NCBI GenBank assembly: GCA_050008535.1
Contig: JBEKML010000001.1
Coordinates: forward strand, 455,050 to 519,049
Origin: Minisyncoccia bacterium
GTDB taxonomy: Bacteria > Patescibacteriota > Minisyncoccia > UBA6257 > 2-01-FULL-56-20
Length of the DNA stretch: 64,000 bases
Direction of reading: 5' to 3'
Positions 1-8,993 of the stretch are shown piece after piece. Each line of letters opens with the position of its first letter. Position 1 is the first letter of the stretch. The notes under the pieces are model-generated. The model made no database searches and was not told the DNA's origin. It was given only the letters and a program-made list of their open reading frames with translations. The position numbers and the translations under genes were made by a program.

Positions 1-315
1 CAGAACTGCCCGTATATTGACCGCTCCACGCTCCAGTCGTTCAGCGGCGCCTGCCAGAATTACATTCTCTCGCTCGGCAGCTGCCAGATGGCGAATCTTT
101 CCGATATCCGTATTCCACAGAACGATTACAGCTGCGTCAATTATCTGCAAAATAATTTCAACTATAAATCCTGTTTTGACGCGCACTACGCCGATGCCGA
201 TTTTCTTTCGCACGAGGTGCGTGCGTGGACCGGCTCAAGCCCACTTGACCAGTCCCACGACAACGTTTATCTCTTTGACCGGAATGGCCTACTGGTGGAT
301 ACGTATTCGTACTAG
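1..315 (+). CDS. 3' part of a Cys-containing hypothetical protein (5'-truncated by the window edge)
   Basis: Frame 1 is open from base 1 (QNCPYIDRSTLQSFSGACQNYILSLGSCQMANL...) to TAG 313-315; C-terminus VYLFDRNGLLVDTYSY. Confidence 0.75.
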   Translation, partial: QNCPYIDRSTLQSFSGACQNYILSLGSCQMANLSDIRIPQNDYSCVNYLQNNFNYKSCFDAHYADADFLSHEVRAWTGSSPLDQSHDNVYLFDRNGLLVDTYSY

Positions 316-388
316 CTGCGCATACAAGGTAGGTTTTGAAACGAGTACTCAGAAGGGCTCGTTTCAAAACCTACCTTGTATGCGCAGC
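315..388. repeat. Long perfect hairpin, conserved-loop family member 1; may double as a bidirectional terminator
   Basis: 31-bp perfect arms 315-345/358-388, loop TACTCAGAAGGG, between convergent genes. Confidence 0.95.
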
Positions 389-390
389 CA

Positions 391-1440
391 CTATTTTCGT
401 TCTGCGAGCGCCACTTTGACGGTGAGTTCCTTTCCGCCGCGGAGAACGACAAGGTCGATCTCGTCGCCCACATTCAAATTCTCCAGAAAATCCTGTACGG
501 GATGGTCGCGGTCGAGCTTTGCGCCGTTCAGGGTGAGCACGATATCTTTTTCTTTGAGACCGGCTTTGTCGGCGGGGCTTTCGGGGACGACCGCGTAATC
601 GTGTTCGCTCTCGCGCACGACGAGTGCGCCGTAATTCACGGGCAGCCCCATTTTTTCTTTCATGTCGTCGTCTATCATCATGTAGCGCAAGCCGAGGAGC
701 GGCCGGCGGATGCGGCCGTATTTTTTGATGTCGTCGAGGTCGCGCTTTGCGGCGTTCACGGGGATCGCGAAGCCGATGCTCTGTGCGCCCGAGACGATCG
801 CGGCATTGATCGCGACGACGAGCCCGTCGGCGTTGACGAGCGGACCGCCCGAATTGCCCGGATTGATCGCGGCGTCCGTTTGGATAAGCCCGCGCATTTC
901 CTGCGGCGGTGCGTCCGGCTCCGCCTGCGCCGTTATTGAGCGCGAGAGGCCCGAGACGATGCCCAGGGATACCGTGTTTTTGAAAATGCCGAGCGCGTTC
1001 CCGATCGCGATCAGGCTTTGGCCAAGCTGCAGCTTTGTTGCATCGCCGAGCTTGAGGCAGGGGAGCCGATCAGCTTTTATTTTCAAAATGGCGACGTCGT
1101 TGATCGGGTCGCGGCTCAAAATTTCCGCAGGGAAGCGCCGCCCGTCGTTCAAAATGACCGTGTATTCCGCCTGGCGGTCGGCGACCACGTGCTTGTTCGT
1201 AAGGATGAGTCCGTTCGCGTCCACGACGAATCCCGATCCGCCCCCCACCTCCACCATTCCGCGCTTGTCTATCATTGAATCCGGGATCTGCAGTTTCTCG
1301 CCGCCGGGCCCGCTCGGAATGAACGGATATAATTCTTTCGGAAGCTCTTTTTCGAGATCCTCCAAGTGTTTCGCGATGGCGACGGAGACCACCGCCGGCA
1401 TCACTTTTTTTATCGTTGCGATCACGCGCTGGTCATCCAT
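391..1440 (-). CDS. htrA: HtrA/DegP-like trypsin serine protease with one PDZ domain
   Basis: GSGF, LTNKHV (His), DVAILKI (Asp), QTDAAINPGNSGGPL (Ser), C-terminal PDZ (SPADKAGL). Confidence 0.92.
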   Translation of the reverse strand: MDDQRVIATIKKVMPAVVSVAIAKHLEDLEKELPKELYPFIPSGPGGEKLQIPDSMIDKRGMVEVGGGSGFVVDANGLILTNKHVVADRQAEYTVILNDGRRFPAEILSRDPINDVAILKIKADRLPCLKLGDATKLQLGQSLIAIGNALGIFKNTVSLGIVSGLSRSITAQAEPDAPPQEMRGLIQTDAAINPGNSGGPLVNADGLVVAINAAIVSGAQSIGFAIPVNAAKRDLDDIKKYGRIRRPLLGLRYMMIDDDMKEKMGLPVNYGALVVRESEHDYAVVPESPADKAGLKEKDIVLTLNGAKLDRDHPVQDFLENLNVGDEIDLVVLRGGKELTVKVALAERK

Positions 1441-1447
1441 GTAATTA

Positions 1448-2311
1448 TTATTCTACTTTCAACACGATTGTTCCATAGGGGAGGGCGAATCCGACCGCAG
1501 TCACGGTATATTGTTCCCAATGGAGAACTGCGAGTGGTTTCAAGATCCGCGATTTGTCTATTTGCAGCATCATGGATTCCGATGTTGTTCCGTTGGAAAA
1601 TTGAAGGATCAGATTGATCACGTTCCTTCCTTCTCCCGTATCCCCGAACGTCTGGGAGGATTCGCCGATGCTTTTATTGATAACGACCAGCGATTCGTCC
1701 TTCAGGCGTGCCGATTCCCCGGTTTTGAGTTCGAATTCTTCGTTTGAGCCGAAGGCCTTCATGGCTAGCGTGGCTTTCGGCGTTATCGCCAGGGTTTGAA
1801 CGATCCCCTCGGCAATCGATGCGATCGGCGAGTTTGCCGGATAGGTGAATTCATAGTAAACGGTACCGTGCGTAAGGTTGGTCGTGTAGAGGGCGGCTCC
1901 GCTTGTGTTGTTTGAACAGCGGACGCGGGGCGCGCCATCGATCAGCAATGTTCCCGCCTGTTGTTTTTCCGGGCAGGTGGGCTGCAGAAAAGAGTACGGT
2001 TCTCCCTCCTTGGCAAACCGCACCACCTTCATCGTCAGGCTTTTTCCCGCATCCGGTTCTGTAACGCCCGGCGGCATAAAAATATTTGTGATTCTATCCT
2101 GGCCCTTTTGATTTTCCAACTTCCAGTTGGATGGATAGCCGATCGTGTATCCTAAATCGGTATCGGCGTACCAATTCGTGTGAACCTGGTTCTTGTCGTC
2201 CGGAATGAGATCGTGCATGGCGTTGATGGCAAAGAGAAGCAGAAGTAATGATAGGGCAACGGCAATGAGCGGAAGCGGGAGGATTCGAACCTCCGATGCC
2301 CTTTCGGGCAT
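1448..2311 (-). CDS. Membrane-anchored hypothetical protein with a PsbP-like domain; start uncertain, overlaps tRNA-Ser
   Basis: Hydrophobic LIAVALSLLLLLFAINAM followed by W-Y...GYTIGYPSNW; the nearest in-frame ATG upstream of the TM segment lies inside the tRNA gene. Confidence 0.6.
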   Translation of the reverse strand: MPERASEVRILPLPLIAVALSLLLLLFAINAMHDLIPDDKNQVHTNWYADTDLGYTIGYPSNWKLENQKGQDRITNIFMPPGVTEPDAGKSLTMKVVRFAKEGEPYSFLQPTCPEKQQAGTLLIDGAPRVRCSNNTSGAALYTTNLTHGTVYYEFTYPANSPIASIAEGIVQTLAITPKATLAMKAFGSNEEFELKTGESARLKDESLVVINKSIGESSQTFGDTGEGRNVINLILQFSNGTTSESMMLQIDKSRILKPLAVLHWEQYTVTAVGFALPYGTIVLKVE

Positions 2312-2356
2312 ACCTGATTTCGAGTCAGGCCCATTCAACCGCTCTGGCACGCTTCC
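2270..2356 (-). tRNA. tRNA-Ser(CGA)
   Basis: Minus strand GGAAGCG/CGCTTCC acceptor, anticodon arm CCTGA-CT-CGA-AA-TCAGG, long variable arm, GTTCGAATC T-loop. Confidence 0.95.
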
Positions 2357-2459
2357 CATATAACGATATTTTAAGGATAAATCGCGCAAAATACAATAGG
2401 TTTGCCCTCGGGAAGATTTTCTGCAATTATTAACGCGTGAACGGCCCAGGGCCGGATTC

Positions 2460-2531
2460 GCCCTCGTAGCTCAACGGACAGAGCAGCGCACTCCTAACGC
2501 GTAGATTGAGGTTCAATTCCTCACGGGGGCA
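2460..2531 (+). tRNA. tRNA-Arg(CCT)
   Basis: GCCCTCG/CGGGGGC acceptor, anticodon loop CT-CCT-AA, T-arm TGAGG-TTCAATT-CCTCA. Confidence 0.9.
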
Positions 2532-2604
2532 CGAATAAGGCAAAAAGGGATTTGGAAAGAGTACTAAGAAGGGCTCTTTCCAAATCCCTTTTTGCCTTAT
2601 TCGT
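2531..2604. repeat. Long perfect hairpin, conserved-loop family member 2
   Basis: 31-bp perfect arms 2531-2561/2574-2604, loop TACTAAGAAGGG; begins at the tRNA-Arg discriminator base. Confidence 0.95.
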
Positions 2605-2684
2605 TGTTTGCGAGGAATTGGTTCTCTTTTTTGTGGTACAATGCAGGAAAGCGGATCAAAGGTCGTAATGATTACAGAACGATT

Positions 2685-2951
2685 ATGTATCCACAAGGTT
2701 ATGGCGCTTGGTCGCCAGTGGGCTTGAATTGGGCGACGGGAATGGGCGGATTGGTTTTCGCCATTGTCATTATTTGGTCCATTGTTTGGAAAGGGCTTGC
2801 GCTTTGGAAGGCCGCGCGCGAGGAAAGCAAAGTGTGGTTCGTCGTTCTTCTTGTTGTGAACACGCTCGGCATTCTTGAGATACTCTACCTCTACGTGTTC
2901 AGCAAGAAGAATATGTCTGCGGCGGGGATGAAAGGGCCGGTGGCGAAATAG
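2685..2951 (+). CDS. Small membrane protein, DUF5652-like
   Basis: IIWSIVWKGLALWKAAR...WFVVLLVVNTLGILEILYL pattern; start moved to ATG 2685. Confidence 0.8.
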   Translation: MYPQGYGAWSPVGLNWATGMGGLVFAIVIIWSIVWKGLALWKAAREESKVWFVVLLVVNTLGILEILYLYVFSKKNMSAAGMKGPVAK

Positions 2952-2981
2952 GGCGATTTTTTCTCATTAACAATGCAGCGT

Positions 2982-3015
2982 GAAATGGCCTCGGGATAAA
3001 ACTCGAGGCCATTTC
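2982..3015 (+). terminator. Stem-loop, probable terminator
   Basis: GAAATGGCCTCG...CGAGGCCATTTC inverted repeat just after the stop codon. Confidence 0.55.
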
Positions 3016-3060
3016 GTCGGCTTGATATATCTCCGGGTTGATTTTAGAATCAGTAGCGAA

Positions 3061-3131
3061 GGGCCTATAGTATAGTGGCAGAACGCCTCCATGGCATGGA
3101 GGAGGTGGGGGTTCGATTCCCCCTAGGTCCA
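3061..3131 (+). tRNA. tRNA-Ala(GGC)
   Basis: GGGCCTA/TAGGTCC acceptor with G3:U70 Ala identity pair; anticodon arm CCTCC-AT-GGC-AT-GGAGG. Confidence 0.95.
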
Positions 3132-3142
3132 CCGGCACGATT

Positions 3143-3229
3143 GGAGGCGTGCGTGAGTGGTTGAAACGGATGGTCTTGAAAACCATTATGCCAGAAATGG
3201 CATCGAAGGTTCGAATCCTTCCGCCTCCG
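3143..3229 (+). tRNA. tRNA-Ser(TGA)
   Basis: GGAGGCG/CGCCTCC acceptor; ATGGT-CT-TGA-AA-ACCAT; long variable arm. Confidence 0.95.
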
Positions 3230-3300
3230 CGAGTTTGATTTGCCAGCTTGAATAACGTAGCGGGGTTGACAGAGTTTGAGGGCGCGCTATAATGGAAACA

Positions 3301-3358
3301 CTTCCAAAGACCGCAGGCGTCCCGCGAAGAAAAGAAGGGAATAAGGCCTGCCGAGGAA
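3301..3358 (+). ncRNA. L10 leader (ribosomal protein autoregulatory RNA)
   Basis: AAGACCGCAGG...GCCTGCCGAGG signature upstream of rplJ, downstream of a TTGACA...TATAAT promoter (about 3266-3293). Confidence 0.85.
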
Positions 3359-3449
3359 TACGCAAAGAATCACGCGGTTCTTTGCCCCTCAAATGGCTTT
3401 GGAAAAGCCGTTTTTTTGTTCGGGAGAATTTTAAGGGCGATAAAAAACC

Positions 3450-3971
3450 ATGAAAACCAAAGCGCAAAAAGGCGAGGAATTAAAAAAAGCTAAAGCGATG
3501 CTTGATAAGAGCCAGGCGCTCGTCTTTGCCGACTTTACGAAAATTTCCGCAGAGAACGTGCGGAAATTCCGGATGGAACTCAAGAAGCAGGGCGCGAACT
3601 TTCTCGTCATCAAAAAACGCCTTCTCGCATTGCTTTTGAAAGAGCGGGGGATCGATACCGACCTCAAACAATTTAAAATCTCCGTAGGCACGATCTTTGC
3701 TGAGAATGGGACCGAGGCGGTTGCGGGAACGGCGTTCAGGTTCTTTTCGGGCCTTGAGGTGCCGGAGGGCGGCGACAAAAACACGTGGGTGAAGCATCTC
3801 CTTGGCGGATACGATGTGAAGGCGGGCGCGCCCATGGATGCGACGCAAGTGGTTTTCATCGGCAAATTGCCGCCGCGGGAAGTGCTTTTGGCGCAGCTTT
3901 TGGGAATGATCTCGGCACCCGTTAAATCACTGCTCTATATTCTGGATCAAAAGGCAAAAAGGTCGAGCTAA
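3450..3971 (+). CDS. rplJ: 50S ribosomal protein L10
   Basis: MKTKAQK, VIKKRL, LPPREVLLAQLLG; preceded by the L10 leader and followed by rplL. Confidence 0.95.
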   Translation: MKTKAQKGEELKKAKAMLDKSQALVFADFTKISAENVRKFRMELKKQGANFLVIKKRLLALLLKERGIDTDLKQFKISVGTIFAENGTEAVAGTAFRFFSGLEVPEGGDKNTWVKHLLGGYDVKAGAPMDATQVVFIGKLPPREVLLAQLLGMISAPVKSLLYILDQKAKRSS

Positions 3972-3989
3972 CGCAAGCACAATACTTTC

Positions 3990-4355
3990 ATGGCAAATTA
4001 CGACGATCTCATTACCAAAATCGAATCGCTTACGGCGATGGAGCTCGCGGAGCTCGTGAAGAAGCTTGAAGAGAAGTTCGGCATCTCGGCAGCGGCGCCG
4101 ATCACGGCGGGCGCAGGAGCTGGAGCGGCCGCGGCGGAAGAGAAGACCAGCTTCAATGTTGTTTTGAAATCCGGGGGTGCCTCCAAATTGAACGTCATCA
4201 AGGTGGTTCGCGAGGTGACGACCCTCGGTTTGAAAGAAGCGAAGGACCTCGTGGACGGCGCGCCGAAGACGGTGAAGGAGAATGTAAAGAAAGAAGAAGC
4301 CGAGGAGATAAAGAAGAAATTGGAAGCGGCGGGCGCGCAGGCGGAGATCCAATAG
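3990..4355 (+). CDS. rplL: 50S ribosomal protein L7/L12
   Basis: [32 protein letters not shown]. Confidence 0.98.
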   Translation: MANYDDLITKIESLTAMELAELVKKLEEKFGISAAAPITAGAGAGAAAAEEKTSFNVVLKSGGASKLNVIKVVREVTTLGLKEAKDLVDGAPKTVKENVKKEEAEEIKKKLEAAGAQAEIQ

Positions 4356-4374
4356 GGTATACAATATAATATAA

Positions 4375-4445
4375 GCATGGGCATCGCGCCCTTTTGACGG
4401 CATTCCTTCTTAGGTCATGACGGCAAAAGGGCGCGATGCCCATGC
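4375..4445. repeat. Long hairpin, probable conserved-loop family member 4 in inverted orientation
   Basis: 29-bp arms 4375-4403/4417-4445 with 2 mismatches; loop reads GACCTAAGAAGGA on the minus strand; ends 4 nt before tRNA-Val. Confidence 0.85.
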
Positions 4446-4449
4446 GCAA

Positions 4450-4521
4450 GGGCGTTTAGCTCAGTGGTAGAGCGTTCCGTTCACATCGGAAAGGTCGCAG
4501 GTTCGATCCCTGCAACGCCCA
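4450..4521 (+). tRNA. tRNA-Val(CAC)
   Basis: GGGCGTT/AACGCCC acceptor; TTCCG-TT-CAC-AT-CGGAA; GTTCGATCC. Confidence 0.95.
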
Positions 4522-4525
4522 CCGG

Positions 4526-5527
4526 ATGAAGAGAAAAAATATTGTGTTTGTGGGAGGTGGGGTGGGAGCGTCCACATTTACGAGGGCGGCGAGAGATCTG
4601 CCGGTAAACGTGACGACGATCGTGACGGCGTTTGACGACGGGGGATCAACGGGCGCCATGCGCCGCGATTATGGGGGCGTCGCACTCGGGGACTTTCGCC
4701 AATGCATTATGGCAAACCTTGCTCTTGATGCGGAGACCGAAAGGACCCTGAGCCACCGGTTCGGCATCGGCAGCCTCTTCGGCGTGAACGTTGGGAATCT
4801 TCTCCTGCGTTCTTTTCTTGACGAACACAAGAACGAAGAAAAAGCCATTCTTCATTTGCATGAACTGCTTCATTTAAAAAACAAGGTATTTCCGGTTTCG
4901 TATGATTTTGCAAAATTGTGCGCGAAGCTGTCCAATCGCCGGACGCTCGGCGACGAAGGGCAGATCGCGGAACACGTGAGTTTTGCCGAGGCGCCCATCA
5001 AAGAATTATATTTGAAGCCGCAGGCGAAAATAGGCGCCCAGGCGCGGGAGGCGATGCTCGCCGCTGATTATTTGATCTTTGCGCCAGGGAATTTTTTTAC
5101 GAGCCTTTTGTCGCATCTTTACGTAAAAGGATTTGCGGCGGCATGGAAAAAGAGCAAAGCGAAAAAAATCTGGTTCGTAAATCTTCTTGCGCACCGCGGC
5201 CAGGACAGTTTTTATACTCTGCGCGATTATCTGCGCTGGTTCGAAAAACAGCTCGGACGGCGGCCGTTTGACATTGTCGTGATCAATAAAAATATTCCGA
5301 AGAAAACACTTGATTTTGTAAAAGACCGTTTTGAAAAAGTAAAAGTGACCGAAGACGATCTGTGTGTTTTGCAAAAAGAAAAGGTGAAGGTCCTGACCGC
5401 CGACCTTATATCGCCGACGGTGCATGCTCAAGGAAAGAACGATACTATCATGCGCGCGCCGCTCCGGCACGATCCCGCAAAGATACGCAGGTTCCTTGTT
5501 GCGCTACTGAAGCACAGGCGCGTATAG
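4526..5527 (+). CDS. YvcK/GlmR (CofD-related) gluconeogenesis factor family protein
   Basis: VFVGGGVG, TAFDDGGSTG, GDFRQC, APGNFFTSL, RHDP. Confidence 0.88.
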   Translation: MKRKNIVFVGGGVGASTFTRAARDLPVNVTTIVTAFDDGGSTGAMRRDYGGVALGDFRQCIMANLALDAETERTLSHRFGIGSLFGVNVGNLLLRSFLDEHKNEEKAILHLHELLHLKNKVFPVSYDFAKLCAKLSNRRTLGDEGQIAEHVSFAEAPIKELYLKPQAKIGAQAREAMLAADYLIFAPGNFFTSLLSHLYVKGFAAAWKKSKAKKIWFVNLLAHRGQDSFYTLRDYLRWFEKQLGRRPFDIVVINKNIPKKTLDFVKDRFEKVKVTEDDLCVLQKEKVKVLTADLISPTVHAQGKNDTIMRAPLRHDPAKIRRFLVALLKHRRV

Positions 5528-5656
5528 AGTGGGGAACCGTTATTTTGCGCATCAAATCGGCGCGCGTGGATAGGCTGTGAATATCCGGTGGAGGCTTTAA
5601 GAGAAAGCGCAGATAAAACAATGCTTCTGCGTAGCTTTTTGACAAGAATTTAATTT

Positions 5657-5720
5657 TTGACAGCACAGCGTGGTGGTTTATGATTAAACAAAAGTGGTGA
5701 GTTGTGGATAATTCTGGGGA
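5657..5720 (+). promoter_or_regulatory. mraZ operon promoter with GTGG-type MraZ boxes and a DnaA box
   Basis: TTGACA 5657 / TATGAT 5679; GTGG, GTGG, CTGG at 5694, 5704, 5714 (10-bp phasing); TGTGGATAA 5703-5711. Confidence 0.7.
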
Positions 5721-5755
5721 TAAACGCCACTTTCTGTGCAGAGCCAATAAAAGCC

Positions 5756-6187
5756 ATGCTTCTTGGAGAATACCAACACAATCTGGACGTCAAAGGTCGG
5801 ATGGCAATTCCGGCGAAGTTCCGCGATAAATTATCGGCCGGGGCCATCATCACGCGCGGAATTGATAGTTGTCTTTTTGTCTTTGCGAATACCGAGTGGG
5901 ACACGCTCGCGAAAAAACTGATCGCACTGCCCTTGGCGCAGGCGAACTCGCGCGCATTCGTACGTTTGATGCTCGCGGGCGCCTCGGATGTGGAGATCGA
6001 CAGCCAGGGAAGAATTCTGATCCCTGATTATCTACGCAAGTATGCGGGCCTCAAAAAAGAAGTGATCGTGGCGGGACTTTATAACCGCATTGAGATCTGG
6101 GATGAGGCCGCGTGGCAATCCTATAAGACAAAGACCGAAAGTTCATCAGAGGAGATCGCGGAAAAATTGGGGGAGCTGGGGATTTAG
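5756..6187 (+). CDS. mraZ: Transcriptional regulator MraZ
   Basis: MLLGEYQHNLDVKGR, DSQGRILIP, IEIW; start corrected to ATG 5756. Confidence 0.97.
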   Translation: MLLGEYQHNLDVKGRMAIPAKFRDKLSAGAIITRGIDSCLFVFANTEWDTLAKKLIALPLAQANSRAFVRLMLAGASDVEIDSQGRILIPDYLRKYAGLKKEVIVAGLYNRIEIWDEAAWQSYKTKTESSSEEIAEKLGELGI

Positions 6188-6191
6188 TTCT

Positions 6192-7091
6192 GTGCCGCAC
6201 GTTCCAGTTCTTTTAAACGAAGTAATAGCATTGCTTGATCCGAAACCCGGCGAATTCATCATTGACGGTACGGTGGATGGCGGAGGGCACGCGGCGGCGA
6301 TCATGGAAAGGATCGCGCCGCAGGGTATTTTCCTGGGGGTTGATTGGGAGAAAGGGATGATAGGGGAACGGATCGCGGCGCGCGAAGCGCGCCGCGGCGT
6401 GAGGACCCGCGAGCGCTATGTGTGCGGCAATTACGCGGACCTTCCCGCGATCCTTGCGAAAGAAAAATTGGGAAAAGCGGACGGCTTGCTCCTTGACCTT
6501 GGTTTTTCTTCGGACCAGCTCGCGCGTTCGGGAAGAGGGTTCAGTTTCGGCGAAGAGGCGCGCAATGAGCCGCTCATCATGACGTACGACGATGCGTGTC
6601 CGCCGGTTGCCGAGATCCTGCGCGCGCAGAGCGAAAAGGAACTTGCGGACATCATTTTTTCTTTCGGCGGGGAACGGCTTTCAAGAAAGATCGCGAAGGC
6701 GATCAAGGAAGAGGGGCGGAAGAGGCCGATCGTGACCAGTGGGGAGCTTGCGGAGATCGTGCGCGGGGTGGTGCCGAAAAATTACGAGCGGGGGAGGATC
6801 GATCCGGCGACAAGAACCTTCCAGGCCCTGCGGATCTACGCGAACGATGAATTGGGGAATCTCACGCGTGCGATCGAAAATGCGCAGGAGGTGATAAAGA
6901 GCGGCGGGCGGGCGGTTATCATAAGCTTCCAATCTCTCGAAGATCGCATCGTAAAACAATCATTTCAAAAATCGGCGAAGGAAAATAAATTGAAAATTTT
7001 GACGAAGAAGCCGATCGTGGCATCGCGCGAGGAGATCGCAAGAAATCCGCGCAGCCGATCGGCAAAAGTGCGGGCCGCGCTCATCATCTGA
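6192..7091 (+). CDS. rsmH: 16S rRNA m4C1402 methyltransferase RsmH
   Basis: HVPVLLNEV, DGTVDGGGH, LLDLGFSS, TRTFQALRI, NPRSRSAK; GTG start at 6192. Confidence 0.96.
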   Translation: MPHVPVLLNEVIALLDPKPGEFIIDGTVDGGGHAAAIMERIAPQGIFLGVDWEKGMIGERIAAREARRGVRTRERYVCGNYADLPAILAKEKLGKADGLLLDLGFSSDQLARSGRGFSFGEEARNEPLIMTYDDACPPVAEILRAQSEKELADIIFSFGGERLSRKIAKAIKEEGRKRPIVTSGELAEIVRGVVPKNYERGRIDPATRTFQALRIYANDELGNLTRAIENAQEVIKSGGRAVIISFQSLEDRIVKQSFQKSAKENKLKILTKKPIVASREEIARNPRSRSAKVRAALII

Positions 7092-7095
7092 TCCA

Positions 7096-7425
7096 ATGAC
7101 CTTTATTCAACCAAATAAAAATAACAGCATTTTGAACACCGTCCTTGCGGTCATATCGATCGGACTCGTCGCGGCGACCTTTGGCATGGTGGCTCTTTAT
7201 AACGCGACGGTGAATCTGAGCCACACTATCGCCGAAGTAAAAGTGGAACTTGATGCCGTAGGAGCGAAGAACATTGATTTAAATAATACGGTCGTTGCAA
7301 CCCTGAGCGGCAGCGAGATCGCAGCCATTGTGGCGAAAAACGGCCTTGTGCCCGAATCAAAACCGAACTACTTTCATCTGAGCAAGACGACCGATCAAAA
7401 ATGGCCTATCGCTTCGCATTATTAA
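7096..7425 (+). CDS. FtsL-like single-TM coiled-coil protein
   Basis: Position between rsmH and the PBP gene; one TM helix followed by a coiled-coil-like stretch. Confidence 0.55.
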   Translation: MTFIQPNKNNSILNTVLAVISIGLVAATFGMVALYNATVNLSHTIAEVKVELDAVGAKNIDLNNTVVATLSGSEIAAIVAKNGLVPESKPNYFHLSKTTDQKWPIASHY

Positions 7426-8993
7426 TCGTAGCCCTTATCGTCGCCTACGCGCTCTTAGGGTTTCATATTTATCAATTGCAGCTGGTGAAGGGGGATTATT
7501 ATTTCGCGAAAGCGCAGACCCAGATTTTGGCGTCGCGCGGCGTGAACGGCGACCGCGGGTCCATTTATTTTACCGATAAGGACAAGAGCGCATTGCCGGC
7601 GGCGTTGGAAAAGCAATTTCCCATGATCTACGCGGTTCCCAAAGCGATCGACGATGCCGCGGAAGCCGCCAACACCATGGCGCCCATCCTCGGCATGCCG
7701 GTTTCTGCGCTGCAGAAGATTTTTTCCCGGCCAAACGACGCATACGAACTTCTCACGCGGAAAGCGGACCAGTCGGTTGCCGATCAGGTTACTCAAAAAA
7801 ACATGAAGGGGATCTATGCCGATTTTGAGCCCGCGCGTTTTTATCCTTTGGCGACCACCGCTTCGCAACTGCTTGGCTATGTGGGGCCGAACGCTTCGGA
7901 TACCGGCGAGAGCGGCCACTACGGCATTGAGGGATTTTACGATGATGAACTAGGAGCGGGGACGGACGTCAATCTGACGATCGATCCGAACGTGCAGATC
8001 GAGGCGGAAAAAATTTTGGACGACCTTATTGCGTCGCAGAATGCTACGGGCGGGAGCATCATCGTGGAAGATCCGATGACCGGAAAAATACTCGCGATGG
8101 GGAGCTCCCCCGATTTTGATCCCAATAATTATTCCGCATCTCCCATCGCTGACCTTCTGAATCCGGTGGTGCAAAAAGTCTATGAGCCAGGATCGGTCTT
8201 TAAGGTGCTCACGATGGCGGCCGGCATTGATGCGGGGAAATTGACGCCTACGACGACCTACTACGATTCCGGCACGGTGACGGTGAGCGGGAAAAAACTT
8301 TCCAACTACGACCTTGTGAAGCACGGGCCTTACGGCGTGGCGACGATGACGAACGTGATCGAGCACTCCATCAATACCGGCGCGGTTTTTGCGGAAGGGA
8401 AAACCGGCAACGCCATTTTCGCGGAGTATCTGAAGAAGTTCGGATTGAACGAGAAGACCGGCATTGATCTGCCCGGGGACCTTGCGGGGAATTTGAACCA
8501 ATTAAGCCCGAAGGCGCCGCAAGTGGCGTTCGCGACGGCTGCCTATGGCCAGGGAGTGGCGGTGACGCCGCTTGAACTCATAAATGCCCTCGCAGTGATC
8601 GCGAACGGCGGGAATCTTATGCGGCCGTACGTGAATGCGGCGCTTTCGCCCGGGGTGATCCGCCGGGTGATAAGCACAAGCACTGCGGAACAAGTGACGG
8701 CAATGATGATCTCCGCGGTTGACAAGGCGCAGGTGGCCAATATTGAGGGATATTCGCTTGCGGGGAAGACCGGGACCGCGTTCATTCCTGATCTTGTGCA
8801 TGGCGGTTATACTGACAAGGTGATTGACTCGTACATCGGCTTCGGACCGACCACCAATCCGCGCTTCATCGCGCTCATTAAGATCGATGCGCTGCCGAGC
8901 ACGGCGCTCGCGGCGCAAAGCGTGGTGCCGGCGTTCAAAGAGCTTTCGCAGTACCTGATCAATTATTATAATATTCCTCCGGACCGCCTATGA
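7401..8993 (+). CDS. Class B penicillin-binding protein (FtsI/PBP2-like transpeptidase)
   Basis: EPGSVFK (SxxK), SIN (SxN), KTGT; N-terminal TM. Confidence 0.93.
   Translation: MAYRFALLIVALIVAYALLGFHIYQLQLVKGDYYFAKAQTQILASRGVNGDRGSIYFTDKDKSALPAALEKQFPMIYAVPKAIDDAAEAANTMAPILGMPVSALQKIFSRPNDAYELLTRKADQSVADQVTQKNMKGIYADFEPARFYPLATTASQLLGYVGPNASDTGESGHYGIEGFYDDELGAGTDVNLTIDPNVQIEAEKILDDLIASQNATGGSIIVEDPMTGKILAMGSSPDFDPNNYSASPIADLLNPVVQKVYEPGSVFKVLTMAAGIDAGKLTPTTTYYDSGTVTVSGKKLSNYDLVKHGPYGVATMTNVIEHSINTGAVFAEGKTGNAIFAEYLKKFGLNEKTGIDLPGDLAGNLNQLSPKAPQVAFATAAYGQGVAVTPLELINALAVIANGGNLMRPYVNAALSPGVIRRVISTSTAEQVTAMMISAVDKAQVANIEGYSLAGKTGTAFIPDLVHGGYTDKVIDSYIGFGPTTNPRFIALIKIDALPSTALAAQSVVPAFKELSQYLINYYNIPPDRL

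Noticed and set aside
315-2604. Hairpin family interpreted as CRISPR repeats or integron attC sites
   Set aside because: Copies are dispersed with no repeat-spacer array; no RYYYAAC/GTTRRRY boundaries, cas1 or integrase seen
5560-5720. DnaA-like boxes upstream of mraZ as a replication origin
   Set aside because: Only one perfect box, no dnaA/dnaN nearby, and the pattern overlaps the expected MraZ boxes
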